From Octopus vulgaris (taxonomy: Eukaryota), in NCBI GenBank assembly GCA_951406725.2, contig OX597814.1:116808001-116872000 (forward strand): a stretch of DNA of 64,000 bases. Reading direction: 5' to 3'. Positions 37,403 through 51,175 of the stretch are shown in pieces. A model generated the notes under the pieces. It ran no database searches. It saw only the letters and a list, made by a program, of their open reading frames with translations, and was not told the origin of the DNA. Each line of letters opens with the position of its first letter. The first letter of the stretch is position 1. The position numbers and the translations under genes are program-made.

Positions 37403-40400
37403 TTGCTTTTAAATTTTAGGCAATAAAAAGCAGCGCGTGGCTTATTGGAAGAAGGCGGTAGGTTATCCATTACATGACACGCACCCTGAATGCTTCCGGA
37501 GAATTTAGACACAAATATAGGTTTAGAAGATCATTGCAGTATGCAGTAACGATGTGTATTTTCAATATGCTACTGCCCTATATGCATTTTTCAAAAGTCG
37601 TTTTCATCTCTTCATATCTTTGACGATGAGAGGTTCTGTTTCCTAGATAGTTGTATCGAGTGGGAAAGAACACGAAATTACAGGATTGTGAAACGAATTA
37701 AGTTCAAACTACTTAGTTTCGAAGAGTAATTGAAATACACCATTATGAAATTACTATTTATTATAACAAGTAAATAACGATCTCTGATGTTGGTATAAGA
37801 AAATTCAGCTTTGGAAAAAGGTAGAGTTCACTAACACATTTCAGCATTAATGAATGATAAACAAAAAAGATATGATTTAGATAAGTTAACAAATCATGAA
37901 AGGTTGCCACTAGGTATTTTCAAGTCACTAAATCTGAAATTCCAATCTTCCTGATAGGTAATACAGACTATAATCAAAATTAGCAAATCTTCAACAAATC
38001 CCGCTATGTCAAAATTCATATAACTTGTTGGGATTATGCCCATTTCTTAGATGGATATCTCCTTGTTTGAATGCCAATGGCATTAGCGATAAGTCTATGG
38101 ACAGAGTAAAGTACTTACGTCTCTAATCGAGTTGCGTATCTGTTAATGTCACCTTTTGCGATTGCTACCAGAGAAGTATCGTCTGGTTATAGAATTATTA
38201 TACTATTTGGGCATAAGCAATTTCTTTGGTATTTTTGAGACGAGGAATATACATTTCCTCAATGAATGAAGTTTTCACTGGTTCGGTAAATACGGGAAAC
38301 AAGCGCATACAGTTTTTATATCTTAATAGATCTCCTTACAAAAGAAAAGAGTTTCACCGAAGTAGCCGATGAAATACTGGAAGAAACTCTACCAACCTAA
38401 TAATATCCGCAAGTCTTTGCTCAAGCCAAGGCCTAGGAGTACTGTAGAACTCCAGGAAATCATATTTTGTGAAAAATAAAATATGAGGAGAAACTTAATC
38501 ATTAACACGTTTTTTTTTTCCATATGAATTCCATACAAAATATGATATAAATATACACGAAAAGAGCATAACAATTGAGAGCATAAAACGAGAGCATAAC
38601 AATAAAAAATTGAAAGTAAATCTGAAAGAAACATTTAAAATTCAACAACATATTTCTATTTAACGTTTTTGTAATCATTAGGAAATGTTTGAATGAGAGA
38701 GAATTTACGTTAATATCGATGAGTAAAGGTAATATATGCACATAGGTATACAAAGCCTACGAATATCAAGATCTTCTATGGTTTATAATGGTGTGGTTGT
38801 GTGTTGCAGTTATCAAGTTTCTGGTCCAATCCGACAATGCTGCACCGTAGTAAAATATCCCATGACATAATCGCGAGTGGACGAAGGTCTTGTGAATTGA
38901 ATTTGGTATCCATAAACAGAGGTGCACCTCACTGGAGAAAACCATACTCTTCTTAGTTTAGATATATTTCATTGCCAAATTTAGCACTACCATCTTTTGC
39001 AAGTGTTTCGACTAGGAACATTTCACCTTTTCTTGACAACTTCACCCTTTCTTGGAATCAATCACGACGACACTAAAAGAATTAATGGTACTCCTTTTCT
39101 TCTCCCCAGTCATTAAATAGCAGACAATAAAACCAACAATTTAATTATATAACATTATTGTCATAATAACAAATCATTACGATGATTTTTAGAAGATATA
39201 TTGTCGAGAGCAATATTGTATTTTTCTGTTCTATTTCTGATAGATTAATTCATGAAACAAAATTTTAAAATATCTATAGAAACGGACAGTTATTTTTTGG
39301 CCAACTTCCAAGAATTTGATCGACGAACAAATCACTATTGGTTGCTAACATTAATAAAAAAAATATTGATTTAGACGCTTTATTATTAAAATATAACGTG
39401 GGTGGCAGGAACAGCGTCAACAACCCCAAGACATCCTGCTTAGAGCAAACATCATGTTGTACAATTTGGACCCCGATGTAATATAAATAACGTTTCCCGG
39501 ACACAAAATTATATAGCAACGTAAAAGTAACAAGACAATAAGGAAGTATTTCTACAACATAAACTGTTTAAAGAGACCCTGGGGAAATAGAAAAATATAC
39601 TTAAAGCGTTGAAAACACGGGGCACAATTTTCAGCGATTAGCTGTTAAATACACGAAATTAACTTAAACCTTAGCTGAACTGATTGGAAAGAGGGAAGAT
39701 ATTATATGGAAGTTATGATCTAAAGTCATTCTTGCATCGGTTTGAAATCAGTATAGAAATTATATTTATAGTGTCAATAACAACAAAAACTTCATTAGGT
39801 GATGTTATCAAACGAGGCACTAGCAAAGCGAAATCACTAGATTTAAGAGAATTGAAAAATCTAGATTATTGTTTGTGGAAACAATACATAATTATGTAGC
39901 ATAATAGTACTTAATGATATACAAGAAGAACAGTAAACTATGCACTACAACCGATTATTTTGAATTAAGTTTCTGATCCTAGTGATCTTTTATGCTTTGG
40001 AGTTGTACTGAAACTTTACTAGAAGAATTAACAAAAACAATCATGAAATAAAAGTCAATATTTAGAATGGAATCTGTAGTTAGAAGAAGAAAGAGAATAC
40101 AATCAAGAGAATCGTAACTTAACAATTTCATAGAATAATCGAAACCGTAAGTCGTATTATATATTAATACGAGTATATATTTAACAGAAAGAGCTTTACA
40201 AATTATAATACAACAAATAGGACAGTATGATAGAGGGAAATTAATTAGATGCCTAAAGATATCAAGTGGGGCTTAAAAGATAAGTTAGATTGTGACAAAA
40301 CTAATGCAATTTTATGAGTGAATTGTGAAAAAACAACAACAGAAAGAAAGAAAAGAAAAGAAACAGCAAAACGAGACAGAGAAAAAAAAAGAAACAGACG

Positions 40401-41539
40401 AAGTCGGTATTTTCGAAATAGGTAATTTTTTCCTTGTTCTTTTGCTGATTACTATATCTTATATATTACGGAAGAGAAAACGAAAACACTGTATAGACGA
40501 AAGTAATTACTTCAACAAATATCTCAGCTTTATCTATGAACTGAAGCCAAATACTAAATTAGGATTTTGTCGTTGTTATTGTTGTTTTGGTGGTGGTGGT
40601 GGTGATTGTTTAGTAATTAGTAAATTCTGAATGGGCTGAGACACTGCAGTCTTGACTATCGTGAATCTCTTGTATATCAGATACCATTCGTTGTCCCATG
40701 TATCCTTGATTCTATTAACTGCTAATATTCAATTTGGCTATTATTTTTAACAGGTTGAGCCACTAACCAGGTGTACCATTCTTGGCTCAATCACGTGTGC
40801 ATGGTGGGCTATAGTGAGCTTTTATTGATAAAGAGGTAGAGAAGGAAAGCAAAATATATTGTATTATTCATCTCCTTCTATAGCCTCAGGTAAATCACAA
40901 TAGAAATGTACTGTGATCAATATCATTCTATAGAATATCAAATGTGCTGTTTATCTCAAATTACAATTTCCATTTGTTCTTACTTTCATTTTTTAATGCC
41001 AGTACTGTGAGATTGAAAACAAACAAGGCTCCTATAATTTTGAGGGAGAAAAACCAAATAACTGGATCGAGTTTTAGGTAGTGTGCAAGCTGTATAGCAT
41101 CTAATGAAAAAAGTCTTAAATGGTGTTATAATAATAGTTTCACTTTCATGTGTTTCGAGTTGTGATACTTTTAATAATATCAGGGAAACTATTAGAATAA
41201 GCACTGGTGACCCTTTTAGATGCCGGTGCTAAAAGTTGTTAACAAAATAGTGTAGAGAAGGCAAGAGATTTATAAATTACGGATGGAAACGGTTTTAGGG
41301 GTTGAATGGATTTATAAATTCTATCAAAAATATTTAAAATAATTTCAATTGCTCTTCACCATTAGAGTCTTGTCTATTGAGTTTCTCAGTCAGCCGACAT
41401 TATGTATATGTGTGTATGTATATCTGCCTGCCTGTCTCTATGTGTGTGCGTGTGCGTGTGACTGCGTATGTGTGTATCTGTGAATATGCTTGTGTGTGCG
41501 TGCGTGTATATATATATATATATGTGTGTGTGCGTGACC

Positions 41540-41875
<336 letters not shown>

Positions 41876-41880
41876 TATAT

Positions 41881-42190
41881 GAAGGCGCATGGCGCTCAGT
41901 GGTTAGAGCGTCCAGCTTACGATCGTGAGGTTGTGAGCTCGAATCCCGGACCGGGCTGCGTGTTGTCTTCTTGAGCAAGACACATTATTTCACGTTGCTC
42001 CTGTTCACTCAGCTGTAGAAATGAATTGCGACGTCACAGGTGCCAAGCTGTATCGGCCGTTGTCTTTCCCTTGGGTAACACTGGTGGCGTGGAGAGGGGA
42101 GGCCGGTATGCATGGGTGACAGCTGGTCTTCCATAAACCACCTTGCCTAGGTGCAATCCCATGGTCAGTGTCGTGATCGAAGGGGGTCAA
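41881..42190 (+). mobile_element. tRNA-headed SINE
   Basis: GGCGCATGGCGCTCAGTGGTTAGAGCG..GAGCTCGAATCCCGG..TTGAGCAAGACAC..CACTCAGCTGTAGAAATG. Confidence 0.8.
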
Positions 42191-42242
42191 CATATATATA
42201 TATATATATATATACAAGGTACTCAATACATAGCAGAGTATT

Positions 42243-42295
42243 GAGCTTCCTGATGATTTCTTTTGAATGAAACAGTTCTAGTCCTGTAGAAGCTC
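42243..42295 (+). ncRNA. Type-I hammerhead ribozyme
   Basis: GAGCTTC-CTGATGA-TTTC tttt GAAT-GAAA-CAG ttctagtc CTG-TA-GAAGCTC: 7-bp stem I, canonical core, 4-bp stem III, GUA site. Confidence 0.85.
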
Positions 42296-42606
42296 CTTCT
42301 ATATAATAAATATATATATATATATATAATTGAAAAACTGGAGTTAACAAGAAGTGGTACGGATGGGTATATATATTTTAATCACTACTGCTCGTTTCCA
42401 CGCAGCGTAGTTTTCCAGATGTGTCGGTACTGTATTATGAAACTGCTTCCGTGAATTGTGAGTTCTAGTTGTATTACCTCAGGCGATATTGTCTCCGTAA
42501 GTTTAAAATCCTTGGCTTCAAGAACATCATTTCTGCCTGTCGTAGCTTGAAATTAGAAGTAATCTCTGAGCTTATCAGTATGTGTTGTTGTTGAAGAGCC
42601 ACACAT

Positions 42607-42662
<56 letters not shown>

Positions 42663-42912
42663 CTTACACACATACACGTATATACACACAGTGATACATG
42701 TACATAGAAAGACACATACATACGCATATACCCATACGCGCACAAATACGGATATGTACGTACATTCACATACACATGTATGACTATATGTACATACACT
42801 TGCACCTATATACATACACATATGATCATGCATGCATACACACTCACATATATATTTACTAACGTAGGTACATACATTCATGCATTGTAAACACACGGAC
42901 AGACACACATAC

Positions 42913-42968
<56 letters not shown>

Positions 42969-43059
42969 ACGTAAAGTATACTAGCCATCTCAATATGGCT
43001 AACCACTAAGGGTGGGTGTTACTGTAGCTTTTAGCCCCAGGAGCTATATATGTATATAG

Positions 43060-43132
<73 letters not shown>

Positions 43133-44112
43133 AACTCGACACGCATACACATAGAAAGGGGGAAGAGGAGAGGGAGAGAGTTCACTGAATTTATCATCAT
43201 CATCATCATCATCATCCTTATTATTATTATTATTAATATTATTATCATTATTATTATTATTATTATTTCACGGCGCTGAATCTTGAAAATGCATATTTGG
43301 CGTTATGAAACACTTTGCAAATACAGTAAGAGAGTTCAACAAATACACATCAACAAATACAACATAATTCTAAAATCATTTCTAAAATAAGAACCTTCTC
43401 TATAACGACCATATTCTGGAGAAGCGCGCGGAAGAATTAAGTATGGATGGACAAATATGCATTTCAGCAAATAGATCTGTAGATATTTAGGTTACTCTCG
43501 CACAGCATTTGTATGTCAAACTTGAATGTCAGTGTTAAATCCGTCTTATGTTTGAATATTGTGATTTATTTCTCTACTAAAACTTGGGAGGTTTCTCGAA
43601 GCAAGAACAAAATTCATTAAATTAATCAGTAGCACGTGGCTAAAGAAACAGAAGTTGTTAGAAATATTTAGCTGTTTTTTAAATAGCAATAAACATCGTT
43701 CTTAGTTTGTACCAAACATATCAATTAATAGGTAAGTTGGGGAATTATCTCAAATAACTACAGGAACAAATGCCGCACATTTAGAAGGTAATTCGAGTGA
43801 TAAAGGTATTAACAAATTTATAAATTTCTAAAGTATTGTTTGAATTTATATTATAGGCATAACGTATGGAAAATGCTTGCCTGATTAAAGACTCGCTGTT
43901 GTAAATATATTAAGCCAACCTATGTCACAACATTTCTATATCATTTCAGTCACTTCACTACAGAACGACAGAGTTGAAAAGTGAATCGTTAGAATATATG
44001 CTCCGAGTTTAAATCACCTTGAATACAGAAAACTGATTACGCTAATTTTCATCTAGAATATTCGTATGATTGGTGTACCTCAGTTTACATGTGGCATTAT
44101 ATGCAAAGAAAT

Positions 44113-44149
<37 letters not shown>

Positions 44150-45439
44150 GAGAAAAGCAAAGAGACTGGCAGGGATAGCATAAGATAGAGACATTGATGT
44201 ACTAGAAACTTTTAATATAATCTACTTCACTTAAAAAGATACATTCCCAATATCAGATAAATAAAGAAGGAAGATAAGAAACAGAAAAGAAAGGAAGACC
44301 GACAAAGACAGAAACAAACAAGGAAAGAAGAAAGAAAGAAGCAAAGAAAGAATTATGCCAAGTATAGAAAAAAATACTCTTAAGTATACTGAAAGAAAAT
44401 ACCTACAGCACCTAAAAGTGAAAAGCATGTAAAAGAAATCATAAAAGTTATCGTGATTCGGTGCGTAAATCACGAATATACAACTAGCAGACGAAAAACA
44501 AACTATAAATAACAAAACAGAACGGAATCAGAATCTCACATCCATGAAGAAAAATCTGGCGCACAGAAGCCAAACCAGTACAAAACAAATGAAATTATGA
44601 TCCAATGTGATGTGAGAAAGATTTCAGAATAGAAATTTCTAAAGATGTAAATTTTAAATAGGCCAAACATCTAAAGGTGAAAAATATGTAAATAATTAAA
44701 TCCAAATATATGATTTTCCAATAAACCAATGAAAGATGAAATGCAGTGATAAAATAGCAGCGACGATCAAGCAGAGAGATGGCTTCGGTATACATTGTGG
44801 AAATAAACGTGAAGACGAATATCAGCAGGTGAATAACAAGAATAAATAAATTATCAAAGAATAACAAGAAAAATAAATGAGTTCTTACTGAAAATAATGG
44901 CATAAAATAACTAAACACGCACAACAATATCAATAACAAACATACAGGAATATAATGGAAGAGGAAAGAGTGTATTTAAGAATGAATTGTTGATGAAATC
45001 AATAATGTACATATTCCAGTTAAGATGAGGAAAATTAAGAACTATAGCCCCGTAAGAAAAATATGCCAGGAAAGCAAGAAACTCCTAAGAGAACAAAGGA
45101 AAATTTAGAACTATTTAGCTCTCTAAGAAAAATATGCCAGAAAAGCAAGAATCTTCTAAGAGGAGAGATACTCGTTAAATGACAAAGAATCCATCGTTTT
45201 GAAAACAAACATCGATATATTTGTTACAGAAAATTTTATTTCGTCACCAATCAATATAATTTCGTTACGTATAAGTAAACAGCAGGTATTATACGGGGCA
45301 GTGCAGATATTATACCAGGCAGGATATTTAGAGATGATAATTTTCGAACCTATTCCAATAGCTGAATAAGTAATGGTTGGGTATTTCAATACATGAATAT
45401 CTCCAAAAACCTGAGTGACTAAGAACACATCTGGAGACA

Positions 45440-45630
45440 GTAATTTCATAAGCATTGGGGTAATATACATTATTTACATTATTTACATTATTTACATTAT
45501 TTACATTTCACAGATATTTGTCCTCATCGTGTTTGTTCATAATACAACATTTCGGCTAATATACCGTCCAGCCTTCGGCAGGTGTCTTGGGGAAATTTCG
45601 AACCTGGGTTCTCATTCCTAAAGTATGTTA
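45440..45630 (-). mobile_element. Penelope-like terminal repeat with degenerate hammerhead (45543-45585) and 9-bp tandem repeats
   Basis: ACAC-CTGCCGA-AGGCTG..TAGCC-GAAATGTT on minus; (TACATTATT)n near 45465-45507. Confidence 0.45.
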
Positions 45631-45635
45631 TCATC

Positions 45636-45740
45636 CTTCTTCTTCTTCTTCTTCTTCTTCTTCTTCTTCTTCTTCTTCTTCTTCTTCTTCTTCTTCTTCT
45701 TCTTCTTCTTCTTCTTCTTCTTCTTCTTCTTCTTCTTCTT
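45636..45740. repeat. (CTT)n/(GAA)n microsatellite at the 3' end of the R4-like element
   Basis: Read directly. Confidence 0.95.
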
Positions 45741-48700
45741 TTTTTTTTTTGTTTTTCTTCTTTCAAATTTGCTTCCATTTCTTGCCGGGTGTCTTCCCGA
45801 CTCTTAGGGCAAAGAAACTCATAGTATACATTGGTAGGCCATTAAACTAAACTCAATAGTTCGTTCATAATTTTTTAAAGTTAAATTAAAATACATGGCT
45901 AGTAATAGTTCTCACATCGACAATGCTCTTCTCAATACGTGTGATGTACCAGTTAAGACAATCTTTTGCACTTCTTGCAGGGATGGTAAGCCAGGGATCA
46001 TTCTCATATAATTTTAGGTTACCTTCTTGATCATTCCTAGTGCTCCTACGATCACTGGTATTGTAACCGCCTTGAAATGCCACATTTTCTCAATTTCAAT
46101 GAGCAGGTCTTTATATTTTCTGAGCTTGTCAAACTCTTTCGCCAAGATATTATGATCACAGGGGATGCTCATGTCGATCAATAAGCAAACTTTATTGTTT
46201 TGGTCTTTCACAACAATATCTGGTTTATTGGCTTTGATGGTTCGGTCTGTATGTACTGGAAAGTCCCACAGAATCGTTACATTTTCTTCTCCAGTTACAG
46301 CTTCAGGGTGGTGATTATACCACTTGTCGGCAGTTTTGATAGTGTAATGCCGACTTATTAGCCAGTGTAGATATTGGCCAACTCTGTCATGTCTTAATTT
46401 ATACTCCACTGGTGCTAAGACTTTACATCCAGAGATTAGGTGGTCCATTGTTTCAATCATGTTGCAGAATCGGCATTTTGGGTCTGCTTCATTTTTCATC
46501 ACATTGGCCTGGTAGTTCCGGGTTAATAGGCTTTGATCTTGAGCAGCCAGGATGAAACCTTCGCTCTCTGCTTTTAGCCCTGAGCTCCGTAGCCACTGAT
46601 GGGTTTGCTTCTGGTCAACATCAGCTTGTTTGCTGCGGGCCACATATTTGCCGTGCAGAGGTTTCTCCTCTCACCTATCAGCCAATTGCTCGTGCGCTTT
46701 TTTCGTTGTCATTATTTTCACCTTCTTTGCAACAATAGTTGCCGTACTTCCCTCGGGTTGTTCAGTTTGCTGTATACTGCACGAGATCAATAGCAAATTT
46801 TTTTTCTTTCCTTTATGATAGAATGAAGCTTTTTTCGTCTCTCGTGATTTTCCACGAGCTTTAGCATCCAGTCATTCGTTATTTCAAGATATTTGGCCAG
46901 TCCAATTGTGGTTGTTTTGTAAGCTAGTTCAAATTGGATCAGGCCTCGACCTCCTTGGGCTCTGGGAAGGTAAAGGCGATCTACGTCTGCCTTTGGGTGG
47001 TGCATCCTATTACAACTCAGCAGCTTGCGAATTTTCCTATCTATATTCTTTACTTCACTCATATTCCAGTTCAACACATTGTAGCTGTAAGTAACAACTG
47101 GAACTGCTAAGGAATGTATAGCTAACGCCTTGTTACGTGCATTTAGTTCAGATTTCAGGACTGCACGAACTCTCCTATAACATTCCTTCCTGATCTCCTC
47201 TTTCATGCTTGCATGCTGAATACCAGAGCCTTCATTTATCCCTAAATATTTGTATGTTTGTTCTTGCTCAAGCTCTCTTATAACTGTGTCAACATCTAAC
47301 ACGACTGAATTTGTGGTCTTCACTTTCCCTTTCTGGAAAGTGGCCTTGGCACACTTCTCAAGTCCAAACTCCATCCCGATGTCATCGCTGAATGCTTTCA
47401 CAGTGCACAATAGGCCTTCAGGTTCATTATTGTCTTTACCATAGAGTTTTAAGTCATCCATATAAAATATATGGCTTTTTTTTTATTGGCAATTTTATAC
47501 CCATACCCTGTTCTGTTTAATTCACTTGTAAGGGGTATTAGGGCTATGCAGAATATTAAAGGTGAAAGTGAGTCACCTTGAAAAATTCCACAGTTGATGT
47601 TTATATTTTCTGAGGCAAGTACTCCATTAGAGTGGTATAATTGGAGATTCGTATTCCACAACGACATATTGTGCTTCAAGAAGCTTGAAATCACAGGGGA
47701 AATTTTGAAGATGTCCAGCGATCTCAAGATCCATGGATGCGGTATACTGTCGAAGGCCTTTTTATAGTCAATCCATGCGGAGCTGAGATTTCTGCGCTTG
47801 TTGTGACAGTTCTCAAGGATCATACGATTAATTAGCAGTTGATCTTTGCATCCGTTTGAGCCTCGGCGGCACTCTTTTTGTTCAATGGGGAAAATATCGT
47901 TCTTCTCCATGAATGCATATGTTTTCTCCGCCAGGATAGATGTTAGGATTTTATACGTGGTGGATAGACAGGCCGATAGTTTTTTGGAAGGTTGGTTTCG
48001 TTATTCTTTGGGAGTAGGTAAGTAATACCACTTGCTAACCTTTCAGGTGTTTTCTTTGGGTCTCTCATAATTCCATTGAGCAGCTGAACTAGCTTACCGT
48101 GTGCGCATGGGAGCGATGCGAGCCAGAAATTCGGCACCATATATTTACCGGGGTATTTCCAATTATGGGCCTTCGTGAGTGCCTTTCTTAGGTCTGCTAT
48201 TGTGATGTCTTCCCATGCTTGTTGTTGTAAATTCTGGTAGGATCCTTCAGTTTGTATAATCCAGTCTGCATTTATGTTGTACGTCTTCTTGTCACTCCAA
48301 ATCCTTTTCCAAATGTTTTGAACTTCTTCCATGGGAGGGGGTCTTTAACGGTTACTTTCTTCTTCCCTATTTTTCTGTAGAATTTTTTGGCATTGGATGT
48401 GAACAGCTTATTTCGCTTATAAAACTTGTTTCTCTTCTCAAATTTTCGTATTCTTTGGGCTTTTGCTTGGACTTTTTGTTTCATCGTTTCTTTTATTGAT
48501 ATCAGTTCTTCTCTTGGTGAGGATCCAAATTTTCTCTTCATCTTTCTTCCTGTTCTGGATCTTACATCATTTCCATATATTAGTTCATTTAATATTGATA
48601 TTTCCCCTCTCATAAATTCAATCTCTTTTTCAATTTTGCTTCTCCAGGTTTGATTTCTTCCCAGGTTTGGTTTTCTTTGTTTTTTCGGAGGCATACAGCT

Positions 48701-49936
48701 GATTTCAATTGCCCTAGCAGAAGCGTAACTAATTTCCTTTAACTCAGTAAAATCAGGTTTTAATTCTTGTATTATTTCATTTGTTACGTAGTTGCCAATT
48801 TGGATTTGTTTTTCATTTTGGTTTGTATTTGAGAGTTTATGAAGTGGTTCTCAATCATTCCTACTTGTATGTCTTACAACTTCAAGCGTATTCAGGATTT
48901 TCTGCCTCATTTCTGCCATAGACTCTCTGTGTTCTTCAGCAAATGCGAGATATTCAGTTACTGTTGTTTTATCATTTTCCTGGCATATATTCTAACGATA
49001 CACTTTTCAACTCTGTCGTTTCCAAAAACATGTTTGTGCTAGGATAATGTTATCATTTTTGAGCTTTGATTGGCTCGTGGGGAGACGGCCATCATTGCCG
49101 TTACAATTATAATCGTACCATTATAGCAGCCGTAGTCGGCTTATTATTGTTATTATCATCACCATTATTATCATTATTATCATTATCACCACTATCATCG
49201 TTATCATCATCACCATCACCATCATCATCATCATCATCATCATCAATGATATTGTTTTATGTGTAGTCACAGCAGTGTCTTATTATTGTTATTTTTGTTT
49301 TTTATCATTATCACCATCACAGTAGTGTCTGTCTGTCTCGTTGGCTGGCTGGGTGGTTCAATAGAATTTCTTGTATCTTCAGGCCTTTGTGTACTTTGGT
49401 CAGATGGCAGTCTTTCAATTAAGCCTCGTGGCGGGCTATACTGTTCATCTGATTCTTCATTTCTTTTGTGTCTTATATTTATGTCATTTTCCGATGCGTG
49501 CTTGATCGCGCTTATTTCACTGTCTGTGAGTCTGTTATTTCTAAGGATATCCCTCCTCACATTTGCCAATTTGTTCTCGTCCAAATAGGGCCTACTGTTT
49601 TGATTCCGTGTTCTCCATATACTGTAAGAGTTTGCGGTGTGTCTCTCTTGAGATGGCCTACATAATGCATAGTAATAAGCGTATATTACTTCTTTATACT
49701 CTTCTCGGGTCCATTTGTTCCGCTTACATTTTTCTTTCTGTGGTGGTTGTGGTGGTGAACTTAGAGGGCTCGAGTTGGGGAATTTCCCGTTCAAGTGACC
49801 ATCCATGTCCGTATTCGGAGAAGAGTTTGTGCCAGTTGATGACTTTTCGATCCCAGGCTGGCTTTTCCCTGGGGGACGCTCTTCCAGATTAACCATAGGA
49901 CAAGCGATTTGGTATACTGATTTAGTTTTCCTTTTA
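45741..49936 (-). mobile_element. Near-full-length R4/Dong-clade non-LTR retrotransposon (RT, CCHC finger, restriction-like endonuclease), frameshifted
   Basis: ORF pieces 49267-49950 (KWTREEYKEVI N-terminal domain), 48272-48694, 47943-48332 (NYRP), 47449-47910 (WIDYKKAFDS, GIFQGDSLSP), 46787-47461 (MDDLKLY, YKYLG, LYLPRAQGGRGL) and 46014-46643 (CRFC..H..C, RHD, KPDIVV..IDMSIP..K). Confidence 0.92.
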
Positions 49937-50270
49937 GTTTCCAAAAACATTTTGGTGCTAGGATAATGTTATCATTTTTGAGCTTTGATTGGCTCGTGGG
50001 GAGACAGCCATCATTGCCGTTACAATTATAATCGTACCATTATAGCAGCCGTAGTCGGCTTATTATTGTTATTATCATCACCATTATTATCACTATTATC
50101 ATTATCACCACTATTACTATCATCATTATCATCACCATCATCATCATCATCATCATCAATGATATTGTTTTATGTGTAGTCACAGCAGTGTCTTATTATT
50201 GTTATTTTTGTTTTTATCATTATCACCATCACAGTAGTGTCTGTCTGTCTCGTTGGCTGGATGGGTGGTT
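49018..50270. repeat. About 340-bp direct duplication (49018-49358 and 49937-50270)
   Basis: Both copies run GTTTCCAAAAACAT...GTCTCGTTGGCTGG.TGGGTGGTT; the inner copy interrupts the R4 ORF. Confidence 0.95.
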
Positions 50271-50387
50271 GGCTGGCTGGCTGTCTTCAACGCCAGAATT
50301 CTTGCCTGTCAAATAATACTTTCATATTTGGTTAACATCTAAAGAGCCGAGGTGAGGTTTGTGTTGGCTGAACTCTGTGAGTGTGTG

Positions 50388-50534
<147 letters not shown>

Positions 50535-50802
50535 ACACTGGCTGGAATCGCATTCGGAATCGTGGGTTTAGTAGCCCGTACTCTTAACCACTACGTATTG
50601 GGGTAATATTTTGATAGGCACTTGTAGAGTTAATATCGGCGCATGAGCTGGTCGGTGACAGAAAAACAAATAAAATTGCTAACAGCCAAGGAAAAGCAAG
50701 AGAAAAAAAAGAAAAGCAGTCATCTTCACATTTTAAAGACACTCCCCCCACCATAACTTTCCCCCCAGGCAAGTTCTTAATTGAAAAGAAGCTCACTTTC
50801 AG

Positions 50803-50908
50803 AGAGCAGGAGTGGCTGTGTGGTAAGTAGCTTGCTTAATAACCACATGGTTCCGGGTTCAGTTCCACTGCATGGCACCTTGGGCAAGTGTCTGAAAGAA
50901 GCCGATCG

Positions 50909-50943
<35 letters not shown>

Positions 50944-51175
50944 ATGTTTGTGTATCTGTGTTTGCCCCCCCCCCCACATCGCTTGACAACCGATACTGGT
51001 GTGTTTAGGTCCCCGTAACTTAGTGATACGGCAAAATATACCGATAGAATAAGTACTAGGCTTACAAAGAATAAGCCCCGAGGGAGATTTGATTCGACTA
51101 AAGGCAGTGTTCCCGCATGGTCGCAGTCAAATGACTGAAACAAGTAAAAGAGCAAAGAGTAAAAAGAGTAGAAGA
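50803..51175 (+). mobile_element. SINE family A (internal deletion)
   Basis: Head GCAGGAGTGGCTGTGTGGTAAG; tail GCATGGTCGCAGTCAAATGACTGAAACAAGTAAAAGAG. Confidence 0.85.

Noticed and set aside
38000-38470. Possible minus-strand exon ending at a GTAAGTA donor (38112-38118)
   Set aside because: No convincing open frame, acceptor site or recognisable protein.
39820-39899. Tc1/mariner-like SPDLNPLDY motif (SLDLRELKNLDYCLW)
   Set aside because: Single weak match with no TIRs or other transposase motifs.
45030-45440. Short tandem duplication and possible RT remnant (104-aa minus ORF)
   Set aside because: The ORF has no recognisable domain and the plus-strand RT resemblance is too weak.
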